A DNA stretch of 63,475 bases, the filler included, from Octopus bimaculoides (taxonomy: Eukaryota), in the NCBI RefSeq assembly GCF_001194135.2. It is 7 parts of 7 records of this genome, joined end to end, with 100 filler letters (N's around TTAATTAATTAA, not from the genome) between each part and the next. Parts side by side here need not be neighbours in the genome. Positions count along the whole stretch, not along the records: positions 1 to 29,890 come from NC_069004.1; 6 more parts are not named here. One strand, 5' to 3'. The position numbers and the translations under genes were made by a program. This document shows, one piece after another, positions 11,393-22,699 of the stretch. Every line of letters starts with the position of its first letter. Position 1 is the stretch's first letter. Under the pieces are notes generated by a model. It made no database searches. It saw only the letters and a list, made by a program, of their open reading frames with translations, and had not been told where the DNA came from.

Positions 11393-12551
11393 CTTTTTTA
11401 CTATAGGCACAGGGATTGAAATTTGGGGGGAGGGACCGGTCGATTAGATTGACACCAGTACGCAACTGGTACTTAATTTATCGACCCCCCCAAAAGGATG
11501 AAAAGCAAAGTTGACCTCGGTGGAATTTGAACTCAGAACATAAAGACAGACAATATACCACTAAGTATTTCGCCTGGCGTGCTAACGATTCTGCCAGCTC
11601 GCTGCCTTCATTATAAGTAATAATAATAATTCTGTCTACTACTGGCAGAAAGCATGAAATTTGGGGCATGTGGATGAGTCAATGACAACAACCCCAGTGC
11701 TTGACTAGTATTTATTTAATCAGCCTTAAAAGGATGAAAGGCAAAGTTGATCTCAGAGGAATTTGAATCCAGAATGTAAAGTCAAGAAATACTGCTAAGC
11801 ATTTGGTCCATTGTGCTAACCAATTTTGTCAGCTTGCCGCCGTTATAAGTGTTTCAAATTTTTGGCACAAAGCTGGCAATTTGAGGAGGGGGGCTAAATT
11901 GTTTGCATCAAGCCCCCAGTTCTCAAATGGAACTTATTAAGTGATCCCAAAAAGATAAAAGGTAAAGTTAACCTTGATGGAATCTGAACTCAGAACGTAA
12001 AGAGACAGAAGAAATGCTACAAAGCACTCTATCTGATGTGCTAACGACTCAGCCAACTCATTACTTTAATAACCCTTTCTCTTATAGGCACAAGGCCTGA
12101 AATTTTGAGGGAGGGAACTAGTCGATTACATCAACCCCAGTGTTTCACTGGTACTTAATTTGTTGACCCTCGAAAGAATGAAAGATAAAGTTGACCTCAG
12201 CAGAATTTGAACTCGGAACATAAAGAGACAAAGAAATGCTATTAAGCAATTTTATGTGCGAATGATTGCCAATCTCATCACTTTAATAATAATAACTTTC
12301 TATTGTAGGCTCAAGGCCTTAAAAGTTGATCTTAGTGGAATTTGAACTCAGAATGCAAAGGCAGATGGAATGTTGCTAAGCATTGTCTAGCATGCTAACA
12401 ATTCAGCCAGCTCACTGCTTTAGTAATAAACAATAATGATANNNNNNNNNNNNNNNNNNNNNNNNNNNNNNNNNNNNNNNNNNNNNNNNNNNNNNNNNNN
12501 NNNNNNNNNNNNNNNNNNNNNNNNNNNNNNNNNNNNNNNNNNNNNNNNATG

Positions 12552-12609
<58 letters not shown>

Positions 12610-12827
12610 TAACCCTTTCTGCTAAAGGCACAAGGCCTGAAATTTGTGGGGAGGTGACTAGTCGATTACATCAACCCCAGTGTTTCACTGGTACTTACTT
12701 TGACTCTGAAAGGATGAAAGTCAAAGTTGACCTCAGCAGAATTTGTACTCAGAATATAGTGACAGACAAAATATCACTAAGCATTTCGCCCAGCATACTA
12801 ACAATTCTGCCAGCTTGCTGCCTTAAA

Positions 12828-12859
<32 letters not shown>

Positions 12860-13605
12860 TAATAATAATAATAATAATGATTTCATTTATTGGCCACAAG
12901 GACCCAAAACATGGAGAACAATATCGAAGAACAAGTTACAGCACAACAAAAAAATTACAAAAACAAAAACATGTGGGATTGACATCAATCAAGGGGAGAT
13001 ACTACCCCATTAATGGATATAACAAAAGATATAATAGAAAGTAGAGAAACAAATAATAAATAAATAAATAAATAGAATCCCCAATAGTGGGGCAGTCCAC
13101 TTAGGGTAATCTGGGGTAAATCCCACATAAAAATCCCGGATTACTCTGCCATCTCCAAGGCATGAGAAAGTGCCCTCTTCCAGTTTCTTTCCTCCTGTTT
13201 AGAAAAGCATATTCAAAGTAGATCCATTCAGTCTCACCAGCCCTGTCACTGTCGACCATCTTTTGATAAACACACACTAGAGGGCAGCACCTCCCGCTCT
13301 ACCCTCACCTTCCTCTTCAAATGATATTTGAAGAAATTGATGAGAGCTAATAATAATAATAATAATAATCCTAGTGACTGGCACAAAGCCTGAAATTTGG
13401 GGAAAGTAGGTATGTCATTTACATCAACCACAGCGTTCAACTGGTACTTATTTTATCGACCCTGAAAGGATAAAAGGCAAAGTCAACCTTGGTGGGATTT
13501 GAACTCAGAATGTAAAGTGAGAAGAAATGCCACTAAGCATTTCTTCCAGTGTGCTAATGATTCTGCTTAATGATGATAATAATAATAATAATAATAATAA
13601 TAATA
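11393..13605 (-). repeat. Head-to-tail array of about 7 SINE family B units separated by (TAA)n / TAA-rich spacers
   Basis: Units at about 11393-11612, 11630-11845, 11855-12065, 12075-12285, 12295-12425, 12610-12825 and 13368-13570, each containing versions of ...tcgacccc..aaaggatgaaaggcaaagtcgacctc..cggaatttgaactcagaac...ctaagcatt...gctaacgattctgccagct. Confidence 0.88.
12879..13347 (-). mobile_element. 5'-truncated Tx1/L1-like LINE: ORF2 C-terminus and 3' UTR, flanked on both sides by (TAA)n
   Basis: ALINFFKYHLKRKVRVEREVLPSSV..FIKRWSTVTGLVRLNGSTLNMLF* (stop 13199-13201) resembles the Tx1 ORF2 end (R.RV..ERE....F..RW); 3' end ...CCTTGTGGCCAATAAATGAAATC(ATT)n. Confidence 0.65.
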
Positions 13606-14270
13606 TAGACATTAAGCTTGTTTTGCAAAACAAGTGTAAGCCAATGTGTGTATAAGTGTGTATATGAGTTCATGTGTTTACAAGCATACCTTTATCCACA
13701 GTAACATCGATTCATGTCCATTTTTTCCATGATTGCATGGGTTAGATGACAGCATATCACCATCCCTTGTGGGTCTTTGATATCCACAATATCAGAAGAA
13801 ACTGCCAATCCTTATTTTTTGTGTACAATGTATCTTTTTGTCCTTTTTTCCTTTTATCACTATTGCATGCCCTCCAACACCAAATAATTTACAACATGGA
13901 CCAAATATATGTTATTGTACCACCAGCACTAGGAAAGTTATCTGTAAGGACTACATGAGCAAAAATCTTCATTCATTTTTGAAATACCAGAGAAGGAGTT
14001 TAATGAAGCAAACTCAACTAAGATACAGGTACCTAATGTCAGTAGAAGTAACTAATATAAAGGTACCTCATAACTCTACTTTTATTATAATGGTGCCTCA
14101 CAACTAAAGGTACACATGTTTTGAGTTCAGATTCCACCAAGGTTAACTTAGCCTTTTATCCTTTCAGAGATGATGAAATAAGTCTCAGTTGAACATTGGG
14201 GTCAATATAACTGACGAGCCCCCTCCACCAACATCTCAGGCCTTGTGCCTATAGTAGAAAGGATTATTTT

Positions 14271-14495
14271 TTAACCCTTTAGCATTCAGATTATTCTGCC
14301 AAATTGAATGCTTATTTATTCATTGTTTTTAATTAATTATGCATTATCCCCTAGATTCAAAATTTTGATGATGTGATTGTTTATTTTTAGAATAACATTG
14401 TATGACAGGTGTGAGAGGCCAATCTAGCCATTTTGAACATAAAACAGGTACAATATTTGGGCCAGATATGGCTGGTTTAAACACTGAAGGATTAA
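14271..14495. mobile_element. piggyBac-type MITE (second copy)
   Basis: ttaa|ccctttagcattcag...gatatggctggtttaaacactgaagga|ttaa; colinear with 7980-8207. Confidence 0.7.
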
Positions 14496-14862
14496 GGTGA
14501 CTAGCAGGCAGAATTGTTAGAGCAGACAAAATGCCAGTGTTGTTTCTTTCAACTCATTTACATTCTGAGTTCAATATCTATCAGCTACTGAAGAAGGCAA
14601 GCTGGCAGAATTGATGTTCTGAGTTCAAATTCTGCCGAGGTCGACTTTGCTTTTCATTCTTTTGGAGTCAATGTAATTGACTTACCCGCTTCTCCGAAAC
14701 TGCTAACCTCATGCCAAAATTTGAAACCAGTATCCATCAACTACTGAATCGGTATGCCGTGGCGGACAAATGATGTTAGATGTAAAAGGCTAAGAAAATA
14801 TTTACATCTTTAAAATGGATACTATTTGTAACTAATTATATTCTTCATGTTGTGCAAGTTAT

Positions 14863-14892
<30 letters not shown>

Positions 14893-14895
<3 letters not shown>

Positions 14896-15112
14896 AGGGG
14901 GTACTGAAAAGTTCCTGGCTCTAAGGGCAACATGAAAGGCCTAGTTGGAGGCCCAGACTTCTAAGTTCTTTTCCAGGGCTTAGAAAAACTGAAGGACCAC
15001 TGCAATAAGTGTGTGAATCTAAGGAAAATATGTTGAATAAAATCATTATTAACTGATCCTCCTGTATTTTCTTTTACCCAAAGCCAGGAACTTTTTAGCA
15101 CCATCTCATGTA
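14893..15112 (+). mobile_element. mariner-derived MITE
   Basis: TIRs gagggggtactgaaaagttcctggct / agccaggaactttttagcaccatctc; interior retains the transposase C-terminus GLEKLKDHCNKCVNLR..YVE*. Confidence 0.8.
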
Positions 15113-15639
15113 TATGTGTGCATGCATGCATGCATGTGTGTGTGTGTATGTGTGTGTGTGTGTGTGTGTGTGCTAAAACACAAAACTCTTGGCTCTTGAG
15201 TCACTCTGTTGCTTCTGCCACAAGGCCAGTAGTTTCAAGGCAGTGGGTAAGTTGATTATATCAGCCCCAATGTCCAAGTGGTACTTATTTTATCTACCCC
15301 AAAAGGATGAAATGCAAAGTCGACCTTCATAGCATTTGAACTCAGAATGTAAAGACTGACAAAATACCACAAAGCATTGGTGCAGTCACAACTCTACCAG
15401 CTCACTGCTTTAGTTTCTGCCAAATATTAATAAAATATATATACACATGAGTGTCTGTATTGATAAAATATATATACGCATGAGTGGCTGTGTGGTAAGT
15501 AGTTTGCTTTCCAACAACATGGGTCTGGGTTCAGTCCCACTGCGTGGCACCTTGGGCAAGTGTCTTCTACTATAGCCTCAGGCCGACCAAAGCCTTGTGA
15601 CTGGATTTGGTAGACGGAAACTGAAAGAAGCCTGTCGTA

Positions 15640-15680
<41 letters not shown>

Positions 15681-16564
15681 NNNNNNNNNNNNNNNNNNNN
15701 NNNNNNNNNNNNNNNNNNNNNNNNNNNNNNNNNNNNNNNNNNNNNNNNNNNNNNNNNNNNNNNNNNNNNNNNNNNNNNNNNNNNNNNNNNNNNNNNNNNN
15801 NNNNNNNNNNNNNNNNNNNNNNNNNNNNNNNNNNNNNNNNNNNNNNNNNNNNNNNNNNNNNNNNNNNNNNNNNNNNNNNNNNNNNNNNNNNNNNNNNNNN
15901 NNNNNNNNNNNNNNNNNNNNNNNNNNNNNNNNNNNNNNNNNNNNNNNNNNNNNNNNNNNNNNNNNNNNNNNNNNNNNNNNNNNNNNNNNNNNNNNNNNNN
16001 NNNNNNNNNNNNNNNNNNNNNNNNNNNNNNNNNNNNNNNNNNNNNNNNNNNNNNNNNNNNNNNNNNNNNNNNNNNNNNNNNNNNNNNNNNNNNNNNNNNN
16101 NNNNNNNNNNNNNNNNNNNNNNNNNNNNNNNNNNNNNNNNNNNNNNNNNNNNNNNNNNNNNNNNNNNNNNNNNNNNNNNNNNNNNNNNNNNNNNNNNNNN
16201 NNNNNNNNNNNNNNNNNNNNNNNNNNNNNNNNNNNNNNNNNNNNNNNNNNNNNNNNNNNNNNNNNNNNNNNNNNNNNNNNNNNNNNNNNNNNNNNNNNNN
16301 NNNNNNNNNNNNNNNNNNNNNNNNNNNNNNNNNNNNNNNNNNNNNNNNNNNNNNNNNNNNNNNNNNNNNNNNNNNNNNNNNNNNNNNNNNNNNNNNNNNN
16401 NNNNNNNNNNNNNNNNATGAATATTCATCGTCTGAATATTTTCAGTCTTTGCTTTTTCTCTATTTACATGAATACATGTATGTATATTTCGTATATCTAA
16501 CCCAAGCAGTTTTATTTGTTTGTTTATTTGCATCATTATCTATATCTATATATATCTATCTATC

Positions 16565-16596
<32 letters not shown>

Positions 16597-17064
16597 TATA
16601 TATATATATGTATATATCATAGAAAGAGAGGCAGTACCCTTGACATTTGCAAGCCACACTTCCTGACTGGTAGGATTGATATGGCAGATACCTAGCCATA
16701 ACAGCTGCTTGAATAATGTCGGTGGGGGAGAAAGAATCAAAGATTTGGTCTGAATGCTTTCAACAATGTGAAATTTACTAGAGGCCCTCAAGGACCAATT
16801 GTTGCTGCTATAATTTTGCTGTTTATCCCAAGTCAACTGTGATTGAGCGGTCCTATGGTAAGGAGCCATTTAAGCTATGTTCATCCTGTAATATTTTTCC
16901 AGAAATTTCATAGGTGTGGCTGTGTGGTAAGAAGTTTTCTTTCTAACCACATGATTTCAGGTTCAGTCCCACTGAATAGGACATTGAGCAAAATGTCTTC
17001 TACTATAGCCTCAGGCCAACCAAAGCCTTGTGAGTGGATTTGGTAGACAGAAACTGAAAGAAGA

Positions 17065-18555
17065 CGGTGTGCTGGTAGAAACGTTAGCACGCTGGGCGAA
17101 ATGCTTAGCAGTATTTCGTCTGCTGCTACGTTCTGAGTTCAAATTCCGCTGAGGTCGACTTTGCCTTTCATTCTTTCGGGGTCGATTAAATAAGTACCAG
17201 TTACGCACTGGAGTCGATATAATCGACTTAATCCCTTTGTCTGTCCTTGTTTGTTCCCTCTGTGTGTAGCCCCTTGTNNNNNNNNNNNNNNNNNNNNNNN
17301 NNNNNNNNNNNNNNNNNNNNNNNNNNNNNNNNNNNNNNNNNNNNNNNNNNNNNNNNNNNNNNNNNNNNNNNNNNNNNNNNNNNNNNNNNNNNNNNNNNNN
17401 NNNNNNNNNNNNNNNNNNNNNNNNNNNNNNNNNNNNNNNNNNNNNNNNNNNNNNNNNNNNNNNNNNNNNNNNNNNNNNNNNNNNNNNNNNNNNNNNNNNN
17501 NNNNNNNNNNNNNNNNNNGGGGTTGATGAAATAAATACTAGTTAAGCACTGGGTCAATCGATTAGCCCCCACCCCTCCCCACAAATTGCTGGTCTTGTGC
17601 CTATAGTAAAAGGGATTATTATTAAAGTGGTGAGCTGGCAGAATTGTTAACACACTGGACAAAATGCTTTGTGGCATTTCTGTGTTCAAGTTCTACCAAG
17701 GTCAACTTTGCCTTTCGTTCTTTCAAGATCAATGAAATTAACTATCAGTTAAGCACTAGCTTCTCCTAAAAAATTTCAGGCCCTGTGCCTATAGTAGAAA
17801 GGGTGATTGTTGCTGTTGTTGTTGTTGTTGTTGGTATTATTATTATTATTATTATTAAGAAGGTGGTGAGCTGGCAAAATCGTTAGTATGCTGGGCGAAA
17901 TGCTTAGTGGTATTTTGTCTGCCGCTACGTTCTGTGTTCAAATTCCACCGAGGTCGACTTTGCCTTTCATCCTTTCAGGGTCGATAAATTAAGTACCAGT
18001 GGAGTACTGGGGTTGATGAAATCGATTTAACCCCTCCCCAACAATTTCAGACCATGTGCCTATAGTAGAAAGAATTATTATTATTATTATTATTATTAAA
18101 AAGATGGTGAGCCGGCGGAATTGTTAGTATGCCAGGCAAAATGCTTAGTGGTATTTCATCTGCTGCTATGTTCTGAGTTCAAATTCCATAGAGGTCGACT
18201 TTGCCTTTCAGCCTTTCAGGGTCAATAAAGTAAGTACCAGTTGAACACTGAGGTCGATGTAATTGACTCATCCCCTCCCCCAAATTGCTGCCTTTGTGGC
18301 AAAATTTGAAACTATTATTATTATTATTATCATTACCTCTGCCTTAGTGAAGGTGGAGGTATTTTTTTCAGTTGTGTTTGTTTATTTGTTTGTCTGTGCA
18401 CAAGATATCTCAAGAACCGCTGGATGGATTCACATGAAACTTTCAAAGATGTTTGGCTTCGTGACTGGCACAAACTGATTAGATTTTGGGATCAATCCCG
18501 TTGCCTTGGCGGAGGTTTGCGCTCTCTGAGTGCTCTTATTATTATTGTTATTATT

Positions 18556-18591
<36 letters not shown>

Positions 18592-18920
18592 CGGCAAGCT
18601 AGCAGAATCGTTAGCATGCCAGGCAAAATGCTTAGCAGCATTTCATCTGTCTTTACGTTCTGAGTTCAAATTCTGCAGCGACCACTTTGCCTTTCATCCT
18701 TTCAAAGTTGATAAAATAAGTACCAGTTGAACACTGGGGTTGATATAATCAACTTAGCTCCTCTCGCAGACATGCTGGCCGTGTGCCAAAATTTGGACCC
18801 ATTATTATCATTATTGGCAGACTCAACAAAGCACCTGAGAAAAATACTTGTGGTATTTACATCCCAATTTCAAATCCCAATAAAGTTGACTTTGCTTTTT
18901 ATGCTTCTAGGTTCAAAAAA
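17065..18920 (+). repeat. Head-to-tail array of about 6-7 SINE family B units joined by (ATT)n
   Basis: Junctions such as agtagaaagaattattattattattattattattaaaaagatggtgagccggcggaa (about 18064-18120) and gggattattattaaagtggtgagctggcagaa (about 17611-17643); each unit carries ttctgagttcaaattcc..cgaggtcgactttgcctttcatcctttc.gggtcgataaa.taagtaccag. Confidence 0.9.
18332..18540 (+). mobile_element. Helentron-associated non-autonomous element (HINE / DINE-1-like)
   Basis: 5' acctctgcctt-agtg-aaggtggaggt stem-loop, 3' subterminal inverted repeat ccttggcggaggt, then short hairpin gcgctc-tct-gagtgc; T-rich (ATT)n flanks. Confidence 0.7.
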
Positions 18921-19421
18921 TGAAGTACTATACAAATGTTAGGGGCAATTTAGAGAGGTCTACACCTTGTCCTATATATGTGTTCTGTTAGAAGCATGTA
19001 TAATAGCAAATTAAAGTAGACACATGTCTCTTACTGCTCAGCTGTGTAGTTACCAATCAGGGAATGGCATCCAAATGTAACAACATCTCATGTGAACAGT
19101 TGAAGCAAGAATCTAAACTGTCAGAACTAACCAATGAATTTCTTTTATGCTATACTTTTTACTTGTTTCAAGCATTAGACTGCAACCATGCAGATGCACC
19201 ACCTTCAAGAATTTTTAGTCAAATGAATAGTCTTCAGTACATTTTTTTTTAAAACCTGGTATTTATTCTATCAGTCTCTTTTGCCAAACTGCTGTGTTAC
19301 ACACACCAACACTGGTTATCAAGTAGTGGCTGGCGAGAGACACAGACGCACACACACATGTACAGATTGCTTGAAGTGATGTGATGTACAGATTTTATAT
19401 ATTAATAAAAGGGAAATAGTG

Positions 19422-19640
19422 AGAATTTTGGATAATTCTTTATTAGCACTTATGTTTCATTCAATGGAAACTCTTCAGATATAAGTTTTACAGAAAATTT
19501 CTTTGCCTTTTATACAAATCTGGAAGAACACATTCTCTTCTAGATCTGTATAAAAGGCAAAGAAATTTTCTGTGAAACTTATATCTGAAGAGTCTCCATG
19601 AATGAGACAAAAATGCTAATAAAGAATTATCCAAAATTCT
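19422..19640. repeat. Long near-perfect palindrome (foldback), arms about 107 bp, loop about 6 nt
   Basis: agaattttggataattctttattagc...gccttttatacaaatctggaagaa / ctcttctagatctgtataaaaggc...gctaataaagaattatccaaaattct are reverse complements with about 9 differences by eye. Confidence 0.93.
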
Positions 19641-19834
19641 AACCATCTCTTTTTCTTCGTATATATATAAAAATATATATACACACATAAGAATGCACTC
19701 AGCACACTCTATAGAGTGGTTGGCATTAGGAAGAACATCCAGCAATAAAAACCAAGCCAAAACAGACTACAGAACATGGCCACAGTATTTGACTGATACT
19801 GGAGGTAGCTCTGGCCTATAATAGGAAACAATGC

Positions 19835-21056
19835 ATTGGGTCATCTCATAAATAATGCGCTTTTTTTAACTGCATGAACTAAAAGTCAGAGGATGGGATA
19901 AACTACTTGCATCAACTTATTCTTAGTGCAAGTTTTAAATTCAATTTTAACAGTTATTTTTTTCAAAACTATAATGGAAGTGACAAAGGAGCATATTCGG
20001 CATATTTTGCTTTAAGAGTTCAATAAAGGCAACAATGCAATGGAAAGTGTGAGGAATATTAATGTAGTATATGGGGATTGGACAATAAGCATAAGCCAGT
20101 ATGAACAGTGGTTCCAGAAATTCTGAGCCAGAAACTACAGCCTAGAAGATGAGTCTCATCCTGGAAGATATGTAGAGCTCGACAAGGATGTCCTACAAAC
20201 CCTGGTGGAACAAAATCCCATCGTAACTGTTGCGGATCTAGCACAGAAGTTTGGATTTGGTCAGTCAACTATTCATCGACACCTGTGTGCCATCGGAAAA
20301 GTCAGAAAATTGAGTCAATGGGTTCCTCAAAACCTTTCAAAGTTTAATCACACACAGAGAGTGAATGTGTACTCTTCTTTGCCGTCACAGCTCATGAAGG
20401 AACCTTTTTTGGACCAAATACTGACAGGTGATGAGAAATGAGTTCTCTGTAAAAATGTCAAGCACTGAAGACAGTGGGTAGGGAAAGGAGAAACACCAGC
20501 ACCCCAGGCTAAAGAATGTTTTCATCCATATAAGGTGTTGTTATCTGTTTGGTGGCAAATGAAAGGTTTAGTCCACCTTGAACTTTTAAACCCAAACCAA
20601 ATGATAAAGGAGCTTGAGTGGCTAAAGTCAGCGCTAGAAGAAAAACAACCATCTTTAATTTCAAGATGAAAGGTGTTCTTCCATCAGGATAATGCTCAGC
20701 CACATACAGTGAGGATGACATTCCAAAGGCTGGAGCAGTTTGAATGGGAAATGATGCCCCACCCACCATATTTGCCAGACATTGCTCCATCTGATTATCA
20801 TTTATTCCGCAGTCTTCAAAATCATTTGGATGGAAAAAATATGAACTCTGTAGACAAGGTCAGAACAGTACTGGAGGAGTATTTTTCGTCATAGACAAGT
20901 GAATTTTGAAAGAGGGGCCTTGCAAGTGTACCAGATAGATGAAAGAGCATAGTAGAAAATGAAGGAGAGTATATTTTAGATTAAAAAAGAACTTTATCTT
21001 AATTTTGAAAAATTAAAGAAGTATAAGAAAATGCATTCTTTATGGGACGAACCAAT
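19835..21056 (+). mobile_element. Full-length decayed mariner transposon with TIRs; transposase pseudogene 19974-20984
   Basis: TIRs attgggtcatctcataaataatgc / gcattctttatgggacgaaccaat; motifs MEVTKEHIRHILL, WVPQNL, ILTGDEK, HQDNAQPH, HPPYLPDIAPSDYHLFRSLQNHL (D,D34D); multiple stops. Confidence 0.93.
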
Positions 21057-21823
21057 ATATGAGATTGACTGAGGAAGAACCTATGGAAAATCTCTATTCA
21101 AAACTGAGGATGAAGCCAAAAAGTAGACCAAGATGGTGAATTATACACATGTTCAGCAGCTTGTGCCATAATGCATGGGGAAGCATAAACACTTTTGTAA
21201 CATAGTATGAGGTGGTGATAAATGCTGAAGTGACAAGAAAAAACATGTGATTGGATGGGGGTTTCAATTTTAAGTCTAATGACGCTGTGAGCACAGAACC
21301 ATTCCAGGGCTGCGCTTTGTCAAGGTAGCAGAAAGAAAAAGCATGAGATTGGTGACACAAGGTAGAAAACCTGAGTTTTACATGCAAGTCTATTTGACAG
21401 GTTTCTGCTCAGAGGTAAAAAAAAAAAAAAAAAACAGGACAGAAGAAAGTAAAGGTAACTGTACAACAGCAGACCACAAATACAGTGTGGTCTGCTGTGA
21501 TTGAAGAGATTATCTCACCCTCAGTTCCAAGAGCTGAGAAAAAGAATATCAGGAGGTGAGAAGTATGGCAAACTGTCAGAGAAGACTAGGAGGAGGAAAA
21601 AAAAAACTAGGAAAACACAGGAAACCAAACAAAAAATGCAAAAAGATGAATTGATTCCTTGACTTCACGGTGGTTCAGNNNNNNNNNNNNNNNNNNNNNN
21701 NNNNNNNNNNNNNNNNNNNNNNNNNNNNNNNNNNNNNNNNNNNNNNNNNNNNNNNNNNNNNNNNNNNNNNNNNNNNNNNNNNNNNNNNNNNNNNNNNNNN
21801 NNNNNNNNNNNNNNNNNNNNNNN

Positions 21824-22172
21824 NGTGCAATGGCCCAGTGGTTAGGGCAGCGGACTCGCGGTCATAGGATTGCGGTTTCGATTCCCAGACCGGGCGTTGT
21901 GAGTGTTTATTGAGCGAAGACACCTAAAGCTCCACGAGGCTCCTGCAGGGGATGGTGGCGAACCCTGCTGTACTCTTCCACCACAACTTTCTCTCACTCT
22001 TACTTCCTGTTTCTGTTGTGCCTGTAATTCAAAGGGTCAGCCTTGTCACGCTGAATATCCTCGAGAACTACGTTAAGGGTACACGTGTCTGTGGAGTGCT
22101 CATCCACTTGCACGTTAATTTCCGTTGATCGGACCAACTGGAACCCTCATCGTCGTAAGTGACGGAGTGCCA
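21824..22172 (+). mobile_element. tRNA-derived SINE (well-preserved head)
   Basis: gtgcaatggcccagtggttagggcagcggactcgcggtcataggattgcggtttcgattcccagacc (A/B boxes) followed by a non-tRNA body ending ggaaccctcatcgtcgtaagtgacggagtgcc. Confidence 0.8.
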
Positions 22173-22699
22173 TAAAAAATAACTGTATAACCGGCAAGGT
22201 AACAAAACAATATGTTCACTGGTAATGGGATGACTAAGATTTTAAGAGGTATAGAGAGAAGGCCTTTCAATATTTGTTCCGTTCCTCTGCACAGCACTGA
22301 GGTTTACTTTCTTTCAAAGTTGATAAACTACCAGCCCAGCACTAAGGGGAGGGGGGATCCTCTTCCTCTCACTTTCAAGAAGAAATCATCTGTGAAGAAG
22401 GATGGGCTCCACCAGGTAAAGACAAACTGTTCCAGATGTTGAGTGTCATGATTGTGTCCCTAAAACTCCATCAGGAATTGAGAGTTCAAGGCAAGGTAAA
22501 AGGGCCCAGTATCATACTTCCGAAAAGAAAAAAGAAAAAAACATACTTTTCGTTAAGACCACATTAGTGTTCTATGAATGTTTCAGGGATTATACCCCAG
22601 AGAATGCAGCCTTTCGTGGCTCAACTGAGGGCCCTTAGCTCAGCCAACCCGCAAAAATCTCAGACATTTCTGGATGTGCCCTATTTGAGCACAAGGTGT

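Noticed and set aside
11393-18920. Regularly spaced repeats that superficially resemble a CRISPR array
   Set aside because: Units are ~200-bp diverged SINEs with microsatellite spacers in eukaryotic DNA; no cas genes and no constant short repeat with unique spacers.
21090-21350. Additional RTE remnant (ELYTC..CAIMHG)
   Set aside because: Too decayed to call with confidence.
21824-21895. tRNA gene candidates (also about 25673-25740 and 61540-61610)
   Set aside because: They have A/B boxes but no complete cloverleaf acceptor stem and continue into repeated SINE bodies.
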